A stretch of 64,000 bases of DNA from Vulcanimicrobiota bacterium (GCA_963777315.1 CAVZQC010000004.1:864001-928000), one strand, 5' to 3'; shown: positions 1 to 10,797, counted from the first letter of the stretch. The notes: generated from the sequence alone by a model not told the origin. A program made the numbers and translations.

Positions 1-1
1 C

Positions 2-310
2 GTCGAGATGATGGAAGTGCACGAAATCGTGCTGGGCATCGACGCCGCCACCGAGTACGTGCAGCAAGAAACGCAGCTCGGCGTGGGGGATATTGCGCTG
101 CTCTATACCGACGGACTCACCGAAGCGACCAATTCGCGCGGCGAACTGTTTACCATGGAGCGCCTGGCGCAGACGCTGCTCGCGCAGCGTACGAAGAACG
201 CTCAGGAACTGGCGGACGCGGTGTTCGAATCGGTCAAAGATCACTCCGGGCAGGCGTTGCGAGACGATGCGACCGTACTCGTGCTGCGGCGCCGGGACGC
301 AGTGCGTTAG
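2..310 (+). CDS. SpoIIE/PP2C-type Ser/Thr phosphatase, C-terminal part (truncated by window edge)
   Basis: LLYTDGLTEA and DDATVLV PP2C metal-binding motifs; frame open to the left edge. Confidence 0.85.
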   Translation, partial: VEMMEVHEIVLGIDAATEYVQQETQLGVGDIALLYTDGLTEATNSRGELFTMERLAQTLLAQRTKNAQELADAVFESVKDHSGQALRDDATVLVLRRRDAVR

Positions 311-606
311 CGCAGGCCTTCTTCAGCCAAGCGCAGTTTGACGGCAAATTCCAGCCACGACGTCGGCCGGCTGTCGGCCAGCGTGCGCAGCGCATCGCGC
401 GCGCGCGGACTCAGCGGTACGCCGGGATCGGCGCAGCGCAACACCTGCAGCGCGTCCTCGATACGCGCGGCCGCTTTTTTTTCCGCATTTTCTTTTACCA
501 GGCGGGTTGCGAACCGAACGACGTCGTTCGGCTTTAGGTTGTCCAAGTTGAATGGATACACGAATCCCTCGCGCGTGGTTGGTACGATCTGCATAACGAG
601 AGCCAT
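307..606 (-). CDS. hypothetical protein (99 aa)
   Basis: Plausible composition; fills the gap between the phosphatase and thrS; no recognised motif. Confidence 0.6.
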   Translation of the reverse strand: MALVMQIVPTTREGFVYPFNLDNLKPNDVVRFATRLVKENAEKKAAARIEDALQVLRCADPGVPLSPRARDALRTLADSRPTSWLEFAVKLRLAEEGLR

Positions 607-684
607 GCCCCTAAGGTTCTTAAGATTTTCCGAGAATGCGCGAACCGCCAGGCTTGCTGCTTGCTATCGGCCAAAAAGCACAGC

Positions 685-2436
685 GTGAGTTCCACCGCCC
701 AAGAGCGCCCCACGTCGCTGGCCGACCTGCGCCACACCGCCGCCCACGTGCTGGCCTATGCGGTCGCGGATCTTTTTCCGGACGCGAAGCCTACGATCGG
801 TCCGGCCATTGAAAGCGGCTTCTATTACGATTTCGACCGGAAAGAGCCGTTCACGCCCGACGATCTCGCGCGCTTGGAAGAGCGCATGCGTGAAATCGTT
901 CGTGCGGATTACCCGATGACCGGCCGCCAGGTTTCTCGCGAGCAAGCCGTCGACCGTTTCGCAAGCAATCCCTACAAAGCCGAGCTCGCGCGAGACATTC
1001 CGGAAGGCGAAGCCGTCACGTTATATACCATTGGAGAATTTACCGACCTTTGCCGCGGCGGCCACGCACCCTCGACCGGGCAAATCGGCGCGCTCAAACT
1101 CACCAGCGTTGCCGGCGCGTACTGGCGCGGCGACGAGCGCAACCCCATGCTGCAGCGCATTTACGGAACGGCGTGGCACACCCAGAGCGAACTCGACGAA
1201 TACCTGCATCAAATCGAAGAAGCGCAAAAGCGCGACCATCGCAAACTCGGACAAGAGCTCGATCTGTTTTCGGTGCAAGACGAAGCCGGCGGCGGACTGA
1301 TCTTCTGGCACCCCAAGGGCGCGTTGATGCGCGGCATCGTCGAAAGCTTCATTGGCGACGGCTTGCGCGAACGCGGTTATCTTCCGGTCGTCACGCCGCA
1401 CGTCGTTCACGAACAGCTCTACGAAATATCCGGGCATTTGGAGAACTACGCCGAGAACATGTTCGGCGCCATAGAGGTCGAAGAGCAGCGCTTCCGCCTT
1501 AAGCCGATGAACTGCCCGGGCCACATTCTCATCTACAAGAGCCGGCCGCGCAGCTACCGCGAGCTGCCGTTGCGGTTCTCCGAATTCGGTACGGTGTATC
1601 GCTTCGAGCGCAGCGGCGTACTGCACGGTCTCACGCGCGTTCGCGGCTTCACGCAGGACGACGCGCATCTGTTCTGCGCGCCCGAACAGCTGCAAGGCGA
1701 GTTCGAACAAACGCTCGACGAAGCGCTGCGCTTGATGGACGCGTTCGGCTTTAGCGAATTTCAGTATTTCCTGTCCACGCGGGATGCGCAGCTGCGAGCG
1801 AACACCGACGCGGTCGGCGAGGACGCCATCCGCAAAGCGCTCGAGAGCCGGCGCTTGCCGTACGGCATCGACGAAGGCGGCGGCGCGTTCTACGGGCCCA
1901 AGCTCGACATCTATCTACGCGACGCCATCGGACGCAAATGGCAGCTCGGCACGGTGCAGGTCGACTTCGTTCTTCCCCAACGCTTCGAGCTGAAATATCG
2001 CGGGGCCGACGGCGTCGATCATACCCCGGTCATGATCCACCGCGCGCTGGCCGGATCGATGGAGCGCTTCTTCGGCATCCTCATCGAACACTACGGCGGT
2101 AATTTCCCCACCTGGCTCGCGCCGGTTCAAGCGGTCGTCGCCCCCATTTCCGAGCATCAGATCGAGTACGCGCAGTCGGTGCGCGCGCAGCTGGCGCAAC
2201 GCGGATTCCGCGTCGAGGTCGACGAATCCAACGAAAAATTGGGATACAAGATTCGCCGCTGGAAGACGCAGAAAGTGCCCTATATTTTGGTCGTCGGCAA
2301 GCAAGAAGCCGCCGACGGAACGGTCAACGTCAACGAACGCGCGCCGCTGTCCGCCGGCGAAGCGCCGCCTAAACGCACCGTTACGGTCGACGCGTTCGCA
2401 TCCGAGCTGGAGGCAAAGGTCGAATCAAAATCATGA
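685..2436 (+). CDS. thrS: threonine--tRNA ligase (short form without TGS domain)
   Basis: HTAAH and DLCRGGH editing domain, RDHRKLG, KPMNCPGH, RVRGFTQDD, GAFYGPK; start GTG 685 or TTG 661. Confidence 0.97.
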   Translation: MSSTAQERPTSLADLRHTAAHVLAYAVADLFPDAKPTIGPAIESGFYYDFDRKEPFTPDDLARLEERMREIVRADYPMTGRQVSREQAVDRFASNPYKAELARDIPEGEAVTLYTIGEFTDLCRGGHAPSTGQIGALKLTSVAGAYWRGDERNPMLQRIYGTAWHTQSELDEYLHQIEEAQKRDHRKLGQELDLFSVQDEAGGGLIFWHPKGALMRGIVESFIGDGLRERGYLPVVTPHVVHEQLYEISGHLENYAENMFGAIEVEEQRFRLKPMNCPGHILIYKSRPRSYRELPLRFSEFGTVYRFERSGVLHGLTRVRGFTQDDAHLFCAPEQLQGEFEQTLDEALRLMDAFGFSEFQYFLSTRDAQLRANTDAVGEDAIRKALESRRLPYGIDEGGGAFYGPKLDIYLRDAIGRKWQLGTVQVDFVLPQRFELKYRGADGVDHTPVMIHRALAGSMERFFGILIEHYGGNFPTWLAPVQAVVAPISEHQIEYAQSVRAQLAQRGFRVEVDESNEKLGYKIRRWKTQKVPYILVVGKQEAADGTVNVNERAPLSAGEAPPKRTVTVDAFASELEAKVESKS

Positions 2437-3305
2437 AACCAGTCGGTCTCCTTTTTGCAACAGCGCTCCTGGCGTCGGCGTGCTCCGGGAACTTCGACAC
2501 CGGAACGAACCTGCCCAATTCGATTCCGCCGATAGGCAGCCCGACGCCGTTCGGCGCTCCGCAAAACGCCGTGTCGCCGCTGCCTGAGGCGTCCGGAGCA
2601 AACGTCGAGTCCGGCGTCTACGCGATCGGCGAAGCATCCACCGGGTTTGCATGTCCGCAGACCGTCGACGGGTACGCGTGCTTGCTGCGCTTCAACGTTC
2701 CAGCACCCACGCCCACGCCGGCGGCGCGCGCCAAAGGCAAAAAAGCAACGCCCACGCCCAGCCCGACGCCCACACCGACCCCTACACCCACGCCGTCGCC
2801 GTCGCCGCTTGCAAGCGGTCCGACTGCACAGCCTTCACCTTCTCCCACGCCGTCGGGACCGACCGTCGCGCTCAAAGCGGAAGCATTGCCGAAAGACGCG
2901 CCGGCGATGTACCGCACTCCCAAGAATTCGCTCGACGTCGTGCCGTTGATGATGGTGAGCATCACACCGACGCAAGATTTCGCGCTGGACGGTTCGGCGG
3001 CAATCGCGCAGTTTACGCTGCCGCAGGAACAAACCGCCCAACGCGGATTCGCCGTGCAGCTCTTCGCGCTGACCATGCATAAAAAACACAAGGATTACCG
3101 GCCGATCTGGACATTCGACAAATCGAATCTCAAAGACGGCACGCTTACCTTCGTATTCACCCCGCCCAAGATGACGATCGCAAAGGCAAGCACGTACGTG
3201 CTGGTGCTTTACGGCGACGACAAAGCCAAAGAATCGCCCGGCCCCAGTGCGTCGCCCGGCGCTGCGCCCAGCGAATCACCCAGCCCGAACGCATCACCGA
3301 CGTAG
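2433..3305 (+). CDS. hypothetical lipoprotein with Pro/Thr/Ser-rich linkers
   Basis: Signal peptide with lipobox LASAC; TPTPSP repeats; ATGA overlap with thrS. Confidence 0.75.
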   Translation: MKPVGLLFATALLASACSGNFDTGTNLPNSIPPIGSPTPFGAPQNAVSPLPEASGANVESGVYAIGEASTGFACPQTVDGYACLLRFNVPAPTPTPAARAKGKKATPTPSPTPTPTPTPTPSPSPLASGPTAQPSPSPTPSGPTVALKAEALPKDAPAMYRTPKNSLDVVPLMMVSITPTQDFALDGSAAIAQFTLPQEQTAQRGFAVQLFALTMHKKHKDYRPIWTFDKSNLKDGTLTFVFTPPKMTIAKASTYVLVLYGDDKAKESPGPSASPGAAPSESPSPNASPT

Positions 3306-4547
3306 TTGCTCTCGGGTCTCACGCGCGACCAGCGCAACACCTTCGTCGCGAGCTTTCTTGGCTGGACGCTCGATGCGTTCGACTATTTTTTGGTCGTCGT
3401 GGTTTTGCGGCACGTCGCTGCGGATCTGCACTCCACGTTCGTAGCTGCATCCATTGCCGTAACGCTCACGCTTGCGCTGCGACCGGCCGGTGCGCTGATC
3501 TTCGGCTGGTTTGCCGACCGCTACGGGCGCAGAACGCCGCTCATGTGGGACGTTGCGGCGTATTCCGTGCTGGAGCTGGCCACCGCGTTTTCGCCGAATC
3601 TCACGGTCTTTATCGTGCTGCGGGCGTTGTACGGCATCGCGATGGGCGGTGAGTGGGGCATCGGCGCCGCACTGGCGATGGAAGCGCTTCCGGCGCGCAA
3701 GCGCGGCCTGTTTTCCGGCATCCTGCAAGAAGGTTACGCCGTCGGCAATCTGCTTGCGGGCGCCGCGTTCGGCGTACTGTTCACGCACATCGGGTGGCGC
3801 TGGATGTTCGTCATCGGAACGCTGCCCGCGCTGCTGATCTTCTATATCCGGGCGAGTGTTCCCGAATCGCCCGTCTGGCTGGCCGGAAAAACGGCAGCGG
3901 CGCCCGGGCCGCATCCGCTGCTGGTCGCCTTGAAAGCGAAATGGCCGCTGTTTCTTTATGCAGTGCTGTTCATGGCGGCGTTCAATTTCATGTCTCACGG
4001 CACGCAGGACGCGTACGTGAGCGCTTTCCTGAACGGTCAGCACCGTTTTAGCCCGGGCCTCTCGGGCGCAATCAATTCGATTGCCGCAGTCGGCGCTATC
4101 GCCGGCGGCATCTTCTTCGGCGCGATGTCGCAGCGCTTCGGACGACGCAGCATCATCCTCGTTTGCGCGGTTCTCGGCGGGGCGCTCATTCCGCTATGGG
4201 CGTTGAGTTCGACTGTCGCGCTCCTGGCGTTGGGCGGCTTTCTCATGCAGGTCATGGTGCAGGGTGCGTGGGGAATCATTCCCGCGCATTTGAACGAAAT
4301 CTCTCCGCCGCAAATTCGCGGAACGTTTCCGGGCTTTACCTATCAGTTCGGCAATTTGATCGCATCCGCAACGCTCACCATCGAAGCGCTGCTTGCGTCC
4401 AAGACGTTCGTGCTGCCCGGCGGCCATCCCGATTACGCGATGGCGATGGCAGTTTTTACGGGCGCGGTTTTTGTGTTGGTCATCGCGCTCACGGCGATTG
4501 GCTATTTCGTAGTGCCGGAACACCGCGAGCGCAATCTTTCATCGTGA
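3306..4547 (+). CDS. MFS transporter (sialate/carboxylate:H+ symporter-like)
   Basis: GWTLDAFD, ADRYGRR, GGEWG, SHGTQD motifs; about 12 hydrophobic segments. Confidence 0.9.
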   Translation: MLSGLTRDQRNTFVASFLGWTLDAFDYFLVVVVLRHVAADLHSTFVAASIAVTLTLALRPAGALIFGWFADRYGRRTPLMWDVAAYSVLELATAFSPNLTVFIVLRALYGIAMGGEWGIGAALAMEALPARKRGLFSGILQEGYAVGNLLAGAAFGVLFTHIGWRWMFVIGTLPALLIFYIRASVPESPVWLAGKTAAAPGPHPLLVALKAKWPLFLYAVLFMAAFNFMSHGTQDAYVSAFLNGQHRFSPGLSGAINSIAAVGAIAGGIFFGAMSQRFGRRSIILVCAVLGGALIPLWALSSTVALLALGGFLMQVMVQGAWGIIPAHLNEISPPQIRGTFPGFTYQFGNLIASATLTIEALLASKTFVLPGGHPDYAMAMAVFTGAVFVLVIALTAIGYFVVPEHRERNLSS

Positions 4548-4557
4548 CTCATTTCCG

Positions 4558-5556
4558 CTACTGCCGCTCGCTGTCGAGGAATTCGAGCTGAGCCGGCGGA
4601 TACCGGCCTCCGGCAATGCCGCCGGCCGGAATGGCAGCATCGATTCGCAGCTCGTCGTTCGCGGACAGCTGCACGTCGAGCGCGCCCAATGCTTCGTTCA
4701 ATCGTTCGCGCGTACGCGCTCCGACCAGCGGTATGATATCCTTGCCGCGCGTCAATACCCACGCGATCGCCATCTGCGCGACCGAAACGCCCTTCTCTTG
4801 GGCAACCGTCCGTAGGCTCTCGACGATCCGCAAGTTGCGATCCAGATTGTCGCCGCTGAACCGCGGATAACGCGCGCGAAACTGCCGTTCGGCGTTGGAA
4901 CGCTCCTTGCTCCAATGGCCGCTGATGAGACCGCGCGACAACACGCCGTATGCCGTGATCCCGATGCCCAGCTCGCGGCATGCCGGCAGAATGCTGCGCT
5001 CTATTCCGCGCGTAACCATCGCGTACTCGATCTGCAGGTCGCCGATCGGATGTACCGCCGCTGCGCGCCGAATCGTGTCGGCACCCACCTCGCTCAATCC
5101 GACGTACCTGACGTAGCCCGCTTGAATCATCTCACCTATCGCACCGATGGTTTCTTCAATCGGCGTCGCTGGATCCAGCCGCGATGGCCGGTAGATATCG
5201 ATGTAGTCGACGCTCAGCCGCCGCAGCGTATACGAGAGCGCCGTCTTTACCGCTGCCGGCCGCGAATCGTAGCCGATCCATACGCCCGCAGGGTCGCGTT
5301 GCGCACCGAATTTCACGCTGAGCACGGCGCCGTCGCGTTTGCCGCCGCGCAACGCTTGCCCGATCAGCATCTCGTTGTGGCCCATGCCGTAGAAATCGCC
5401 CGTGTCGATCAGCGTGATTCCCGCATCGAGCGCGGAGTGCAGGGTCGCGATGCTTTCGTTTCGGTCCGCAGCACCGTAAAAATCCGACATGCCCATCGCT
5501 CCAAGGCCAATCTCGGAGACTACGGGCCCTGCAGCACCCAGTTTACGCGTCCTCAT
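4558..5556 (-). CDS. aldo/keto reductase
   Basis: IGLGAMGMS, IDTGDFYG, SVKFG, GLSEV, QIEY motifs. Confidence 0.93.
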   Translation of the reverse strand: MRTRKLGAAGPVVSEIGLGAMGMSDFYGAADRNESIATLHSALDAGITLIDTGDFYGMGHNEMLIGQALRGGKRDGAVLSVKFGAQRDPAGVWIGYDSRPAAVKTALSYTLRRLSVDYIDIYRPSRLDPATPIEETIGAIGEMIQAGYVRYVGLSEVGADTIRRAAAVHPIGDLQIEYAMVTRGIERSILPACRELGIGITAYGVLSRGLISGHWSKERSNAERQFRARYPRFSGDNLDRNLRIVESLRTVAQEKGVSVAQMAIAWVLTRGKDIIPLVGARTRERLNEALGALDVQLSANDELRIDAAIPAGGIAGGRYPPAQLEFLDSERQ

Positions 5557-6552
5557 CTACTGCGGCGGCGATGCAGTCGGCGTGGGATTCACGCGCTTTA
5601 CCACCGGCTTCTTGCCGAACAGCGAAGTCAACTGCTGCATGAGCGCGTGCACGTTCGTTCCGGCGTTATTCAGCTGCGCACGGGTTTGCGGATTTCCCGT
5701 TACGTTGTGAAGATCGCTCTTTAGCGCCGCGGCATTGTCCGTGGCGGTGCCGACGTTGCGGCTCGTTGCCTTGGCGTTCGCTCGCAGCGCAGGATTCGCC
5801 GTAATCGCCCGCGCGGCCAAAGCGGTCTGGGATAACCTGCTGCGCGCCTGCTGCATAGATCCGGCTAACCTCGTGAGCCTGCGGCGGTTCGCGGCGGTCA
5901 GTCCCTCGCCGGGACGGTGCAAGCGGCTTGAGATTTCATCTTGTCGCGCTTTCAGCGACGCATCGAGATCGACCACACTCTGCTCGAGCTGCGCTCGCGA
6001 AGCCACCGCATTGCGGTATTTTTGCTGCATGCCGGCCTTGGTGGCGCGCATTATCGTGAGCAACGACATCGCGCGCCTTTCCACGCCGAAGCCCTCGCGC
6101 ATGACCTGTTCTATGCTCAGCGGCGTAACGCCGACGACTTGCTGGGATAGCGGAAGCACGCGTTTGGGCAGCGCATCGCCGCGCGGCCAGGGCGTCGGCG
6201 AAGTATCCTGCGCAATCCGAATGCTCGGCGGAACGATTACGACGCTCGGCGCTCCGGTCAGCGACGGCCGAATCGTGAACGTCGATTGTTTGGGGATGTC
6301 GATGTTTCGATGAATCGAGAGGATGACTTCGACGCTGGCGTCCGGCAGAATGCGCACTTTGTTGACCGTGCCTACGTCGACGCCACTGAAGAACACCTGC
6401 GAGCCTGCCGGCATTCCCGAAGCGCTCGCAAAATGCACCGCCATCCGATAGCCGCTGCCGATCCCGGCGAAACTTCCGACGATGTAGAGAAATCCCAACA
6501 ATAGGGCTATGGTCGCCAGAGCGAATAAACCCAGCCGCGCCGATTTGGACAC
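5557..6552 (-). CDS. MCE/MlaD family protein
   Basis: N-terminal TM helix, F..ASG...GS.V..SGVDVG.V MCE motif, helical C-terminus; GGAGG RBS. Confidence 0.85.
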   Translation of the reverse strand: MSKSARLGLFALATIALLLGFLYIVGSFAGIGSGYRMAVHFASASGMPAGSQVFFSGVDVGTVNKVRILPDASVEVILSIHRNIDIPKQSTFTIRPSLTGAPSVVIVPPSIRIAQDTSPTPWPRGDALPKRVLPLSQQVVGVTPLSIEQVMREGFGVERRAMSLLTIMRATKAGMQQKYRNAVASRAQLEQSVVDLDASLKARQDEISSRLHRPGEGLTAANRRRLTRLAGSMQQARSRLSQTALAARAITANPALRANAKATSRNVGTATDNAAALKSDLHNVTGNPQTRAQLNNAGTNVHALMQQLTSLFGKKPVVKRVNPTPTASPPQ

Positions 6553-6623
6553 TCCGCTCGGCTACCTCCGGGCGGCGCGAATGTCCTCCAAATAGTGCGC
6601 ATCGCTCGTACCGCGCACCGAGA

Positions 6624-8417
6624 TTACCACCCGACGGCCTCTCCGTCCTTACCGAAATCCGAGCCGGCAGCATATGCGCCGTTCGGTAACACCATGATTG
6701 CCTGATAGCCGCCCATCGGCGCGCGATTCGTCGGTTGCACGCGATGGCCCATCGCGCGCAGACGTTCGCCCACCAGCGCGTACAGCGGCGACTCCAACCA
6801 CAGCGTATTCGCAATCTCCGACTGCCGAAAACGGGCCATATCGCCGGCCTGCTGCACGTTCGCACCCAGATCGATGATGTCGACTGCTATCTGCTCGTGC
6901 CCCTGCGCCTGCATATCGCCGCCCATCAAACCCAGCGTCATCAGCGGGCGGCCGTCGCGCGCGAGGAACCCGGCCGCGAGCGTATTGTAAGGGCGCTTGT
7001 GTGGTGCGATCGCATTAGGACTGTTCGGATTCAGCGAAAACAGGCCGCCGCGATCGTGCAAAATAAATCCGTAATGCGGCACGGTAATGCCCGAGCCGAA
7101 TTCGTCGTAGTTGCTGTTGACCCACGACACCATGTTGCCCCAGCGGTCCGCGGTCGACAGGACGATCGTATCGCTCGAGCCGGACTGCGGGCCCGGCGGC
7201 GCGGGCGTGGATGCCCGATGCGGATCGAACTTGGCGCACAGCGACGCCGCGTGCTGCGTTGAAAGCAGCCGCGCTACCGGTACGCGAACGACGTCGGGAT
7301 CCGCGTTGAAGCGATAGAGATCCGCGTACGCGAGTTTTTTGGCTTCAACGAGCAGATGCCAGTACTCGGGGTTCCCAGGTCCCAGCGATGCCAGCGACTG
7401 ACCCGGCACAGCCTTGCGCATGCATTGCGCCAAAATATTGAGCGCCTCGTTTGCCGCAAAACCCTGCGAGGGCGGCGGCAGCTCCAATAGGTGCGCGCCA
7501 TGATACGCCGTGTCGATCGGCTGCTCCCACTCGCCGCGGTAGCTCGCGAGATCGCTCAGCGTCATCGTGCCGCCGAACGCGCGGGATTTCGCGACGATCG
7601 CCCGCGCGATCTCGCCGCGGTAAAATACGTTGCGCCCATATTTCTGCAGCAGGCGCAGCGAACGTGCCAAGTCGGGATTGCGGAAGATTTGTCCGGTTCG
7701 CGGCGGCGCGCCCTCGATGTACCACGTTCGTACCGAATCCGGGTCCAGCCGCGTACAGCACCCTCGCAGCGGGAGCGCGTCGGGCAGGCGCCATTCGCCG
7801 GCGATGCGTTCCGACACCGGAAAACCGTTTTGCGCGTAATCGATTGCCGGGCCCAGCACGCGATCGAACTTCATCGTACCGAACCGGCGCAGCACTTCAT
7901 CCCACCCCCAAACCGAACCCGGCACCGTGACGTCCAAAATTCCGCCGGACGGCATGCCCGAGCCCGGCCCCCAATTTGCCGGATCGAACCTGTATCCGAG
8001 CGCGTTGAAATGCGCGATCGTCGCTCCGGTGGGCGCTTTGCCGCTGGCGTTGAGCGCGTAATACTTGTGCTGCTTTGCAATATAGATGATTGCAAACACG
8101 TCGCCGCCCATGCCCACCATCATCGGTTCAGTCACGTTCAGCGTGGCGACCGCCGCGACCGCGGCGTCAACGGCGTTGCCACCCCGCATCAAAATGCGCA
8201 GCCCGGCTTGCGCAGCCAGCGGCTGGCTCGTGACGACGACGCCGTTGCGCGCCAGCACCGGAGACCGGCTTTGCGGCAGCCATCCCTCCGCGCGATCGCC
8301 GCGCACGGCGCTATCCGCCGGAACTTTCGGCGGTGCGGGCGCCGCGCACACCAGCGTGTACGCAGCAAAAGCGCCGGCAATGATACAACTCATAACTACA
8401 CGTCGCATGAGCCGCAC
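6624..8417 (-). CDS. ggt: gamma-glutamyltransferase (secreted)
   Basis: GGNAVDAAVA, autocleavage SDT, KRPYNT, MGGDMQAQG; signal peptide. Confidence 0.92.
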   Translation of the reverse strand: MRLMRRVVMSCIIAGAFAAYTLVCAAPAPPKVPADSAVRGDRAEGWLPQSRSPVLARNGVVVTSQPLAAQAGLRILMRGGNAVDAAVAAVATLNVTEPMMVGMGGDVFAIIYIAKQHKYYALNASGKAPTGATIAHFNALGYRFDPANWGPGSGMPSGGILDVTVPGSVWGWDEVLRRFGTMKFDRVLGPAIDYAQNGFPVSERIAGEWRLPDALPLRGCCTRLDPDSVRTWYIEGAPPRTGQIFRNPDLARSLRLLQKYGRNVFYRGEIARAIVAKSRAFGGTMTLSDLASYRGEWEQPIDTAYHGAHLLELPPPSQGFAANEALNILAQCMRKAVPGQSLASLGPGNPEYWHLLVEAKKLAYADLYRFNADPDVVRVPVARLLSTQHAASLCAKFDPHRASTPAPPGPQSGSSDTIVLSTADRWGNMVSWVNSNYDEFGSGITVPHYGFILHDRGGLFSLNPNSPNAIAPHKRPYNTLAAGFLARDGRPLMTLGLMGGDMQAQGHEQIAVDIIDLGANVQQAGDMARFRQSEIANTLWLESPLYALVGERLRAMGHRVQPTNRAPMGGYQAIMVLPNGAYAAGSDFGKDGEAVGW

Positions 8418-8463
8418 TTCGCTGCGCGCAGCCGTTACTCTTTACCGAAGCTGTGCCGTCGCC

Positions 8464-10479
8464 TCACTCTTGACCCAAGGCAAACCGCTTTGCCGCCACC
8501 CACCGGTACAGCCCCAGAGCAAGCGCAATGAACGCGACACCGCCGATAACTTCGGACGGAATCAAAAACCGATCGCCTACCAGCGATAACGGCGCGCCCT
8601 TTCCGCTAAATACGATGATTCCGGATAGCAAAACGCCGAACAAGCTCTCCCCCACTATCAGGCCCGACGCGAGCAACACGCCCAAGCGCTTTGCCACCTC
8701 GGAATGCGGCCCGCGCGATACGCCGCGATTGTACGCCCAGCCGAGAACCGCCCCCAGCACGGCGGCCGCCGTCGTCGACGTCGGCAGGTAAATGCCCAGG
8801 CCCACTGCAAGCGGAGGCAACTTCGCGCGTCCGTTCGTGCGCGCGCGCAGTATTTCGTCGACGACGATGACGCCGATGCCCACCAGCGCGCCGATCGAAA
8901 TCAGTCCCCAGTCGATCTGCCCGCTGATTACGCCCTTTGCCAGCGCCGAAATCAGCGTGGCCTGCGGCGCGGGCAGCGGCTGCGCTACGGCTGCTGCATG
9001 CGCGCGCGGCGCGCCCGCGAAACCGTATGCGGCATTGAGCAAATCGAGGATCGGCGGAATCACCAGCGACCCGAACACCACGCCCGCAACCAGCGCCACT
9101 TGCTGACGCCACGGCGTTGCGTCGACGAGTTGCCCGGTCTTGAGATCCTGCAGATTATCGTTGGCAATCGTCGCCGCCGCCAGAACGACTGCCGTTACGA
9201 ACAGCGCAAACGCAACCAGCGCGTCCTTTGCGCTCCCCGACGCGCCGTGCGCAACGAACAGCACGATGAGCGAAATGCCGATGATCGCCAGTATCGCAAG
9301 CCCTGAAACCGGACTATTCGAAGAGCCGATCAGGCCGGCCATGTATCCCGCAACCGCTGCCACGATAAAGCCGACGACGACCACGTAAATCACCGCGGCG
9401 ATCGTCAACGGAACGATGTACGCTCCCAGAGCGCCGCCGTGCAAAAACGCGACCAGCAAAAACGCCATCGGCACCAAACAGGCAAGGCTAATGATTCCCA
9501 CGATGCCGATCGGCATGTCGTGCTCGGTGCGCGCGAGCAAGTGCGCCTCCCCCGCGGATCTGCGGCGGGATGCTTCGATCGCTGCAAGCAAACCCGTCCA
9601 CACCGGAACCGCCAGGCGCGCGAGCGTCCAAATGGCCGAGATCCCGATAGCGCCCGCGCCGATGAAGCGCACCTGGTGCGACCACACGGCCGTCGCAACG
9701 TCCGCCGCGGGACCGATTGCAGGATGAAGCGCAGTAAGTGCCGGCACGGCGACGCCCCAAGCAATCACGAATCCCGTTAGAATCGCAAGTCCGACCGCCA
9801 AACCGATCAAATGTCCGGCACCCAGCAATGCGAGCGACAGGGAAAAACCGATGCCGCTGGCCGAAGCACCCGCGCGAAAATAGTAATCGATCTCCCCGGC
9901 GAACACGCGCGTTGCCGTTATCGCCGCAAAGATCGCCGACGATATCGCGCCCCACACCACTGCCGACAGTCCGGCTTTGCCTTCGGCGGCCCCTTCGCGC
10001 GTGCCGGTGCCGACGCGCAGGATCTCGGCGGCCGCGACGCCTTCGGGATACGGAAGGTCCGATGTCGTCACCAGCGCGCGGCGAAGCGGAATGGTGAACA
10101 TCACGCCCAGCACGCCGCCCACCACGCAAACGCCGAACGAGGGCCAAAACGGAAATCCGCTCCACCAGCCGACCATGACCAATCCCGGAAGCACGAAGAT
10201 GATCGATGAAATCGTCCCCGCCGCGGACGCGACGGTTTGAACGATGTTGTTTTCGTAGATCGTGCCGGTCTTGAACGCGCGCAGCACGGCCATCGAGATG
10301 ACGGCCGCGGGAATCGACGAGGCGAACGTGAGGCCCACCTTGAGGCCCAGATACACGTTTGCGGCGGTGAAGACGAGCGTAATGGCCGCGCCCAGCACCA
10401 AACCGCGAACGGTTAATTCAAGCCGTGCCCGTGCAGCGTCCGGCGCAGCCGCCGAAGCCGCGGCAGAGGATCCAAGCAT
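8464..10479 (-). CDS. OPT family oligopeptide transporter
   Basis: ANVYLGLKVG, ENNIVQT, LPYPEG, NDNLQDLKTG, APQA motifs. Confidence 0.93.
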   Translation of the reverse strand: MLGSSAAASAAAPDAARARLELTVRGLVLGAAITLVFTAANVYLGLKVGLTFASSIPAAVISMAVLRAFKTGTIYENNIVQTVASAAGTISSIIFVLPGLVMVGWWSGFPFWPSFGVCVVGGVLGVMFTIPLRRALVTTSDLPYPEGVAAAEILRVGTGTREGAAEGKAGLSAVVWGAISSAIFAAITATRVFAGEIDYYFRAGASASGIGFSLSLALLGAGHLIGLAVGLAILTGFVIAWGVAVPALTALHPAIGPAADVATAVWSHQVRFIGAGAIGISAIWTLARLAVPVWTGLLAAIEASRRRSAGEAHLLARTEHDMPIGIVGIISLACLVPMAFLLVAFLHGGALGAYIVPLTIAAVIYVVVVGFIVAAVAGYMAGLIGSSNSPVSGLAILAIIGISLIVLFVAHGASGSAKDALVAFALFVTAVVLAAATIANDNLQDLKTGQLVDATPWRQQVALVAGVVFGSLVIPPILDLLNAAYGFAGAPRAHAAAVAQPLPAPQATLISALAKGVISGQIDWGLISIGALVGIGVIVVDEILRARTNGRAKLPPLAVGLGIYLPTSTTAAAVLGAVLGWAYNRGVSRGPHSEVAKRLGVLLASGLIVGESLFGVLLSGIIVFSGKGAPLSLVGDRFLIPSEVIGGVAFIALALGLYRWVAAKRFALGQE

Positions 10480-10509
10480 GGCGCACCGTTAGATGACCGG
10501 GCGCCGGTT

Positions 10510-10797
10510 TCATGCGCGGCGCGTCACCACGATTTCGCTGCCGGTGGGCGTCACGTTCTTTTCCAGCGCTCGCCCGGCGAGCCAAACGAAAGCCGTACAC
10601 AGCAGCGCGAGCAGTGCTGCATCGTCGAACAGTCCCAGGATCGGGATGTCGGCGAAAATATCCAGCGGTGAAATGATCAGCAGCCCGAGCGCGACGGTAA
10701 GTACTTTGAGCAGCGCGGGAACGCGGGTGTCTCGCATGAGCGGAACGGTCGCCTTGAAGCTGCGGACCGCCCAGAATATCGCGCGCGGAAGAGCCAT
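10510..10797 (-). CDS. YkvA/DUF1232-like membrane protein
   Basis: SPLDIFADIPILGLFDD motif. Confidence 0.75.
   Translation of the reverse strand: MALPRAIFWAVRSFKATVPLMRDTRVPALLKVLTVALGLLIISPLDIFADIPILGLFDDAALLALLCTAFVWLAGRALEKNVTPTGSEIVVTRRA

Noticed and set aside
607..684. T-box riboswitch upstream of thrS
   Set aside because: Intergenic space too short and no T-box motif
2700..2860. CCCACG-type short repeats as a CRISPR or non-coding array
   Set aside because: They encode a Pro/Thr/Ser linker inside a CDS and have no spacers
5557..6552. Mce/Mla lipid transport operon
   Set aside because: Only a solitary MCE gene; no permease or ATPase partners adjacent
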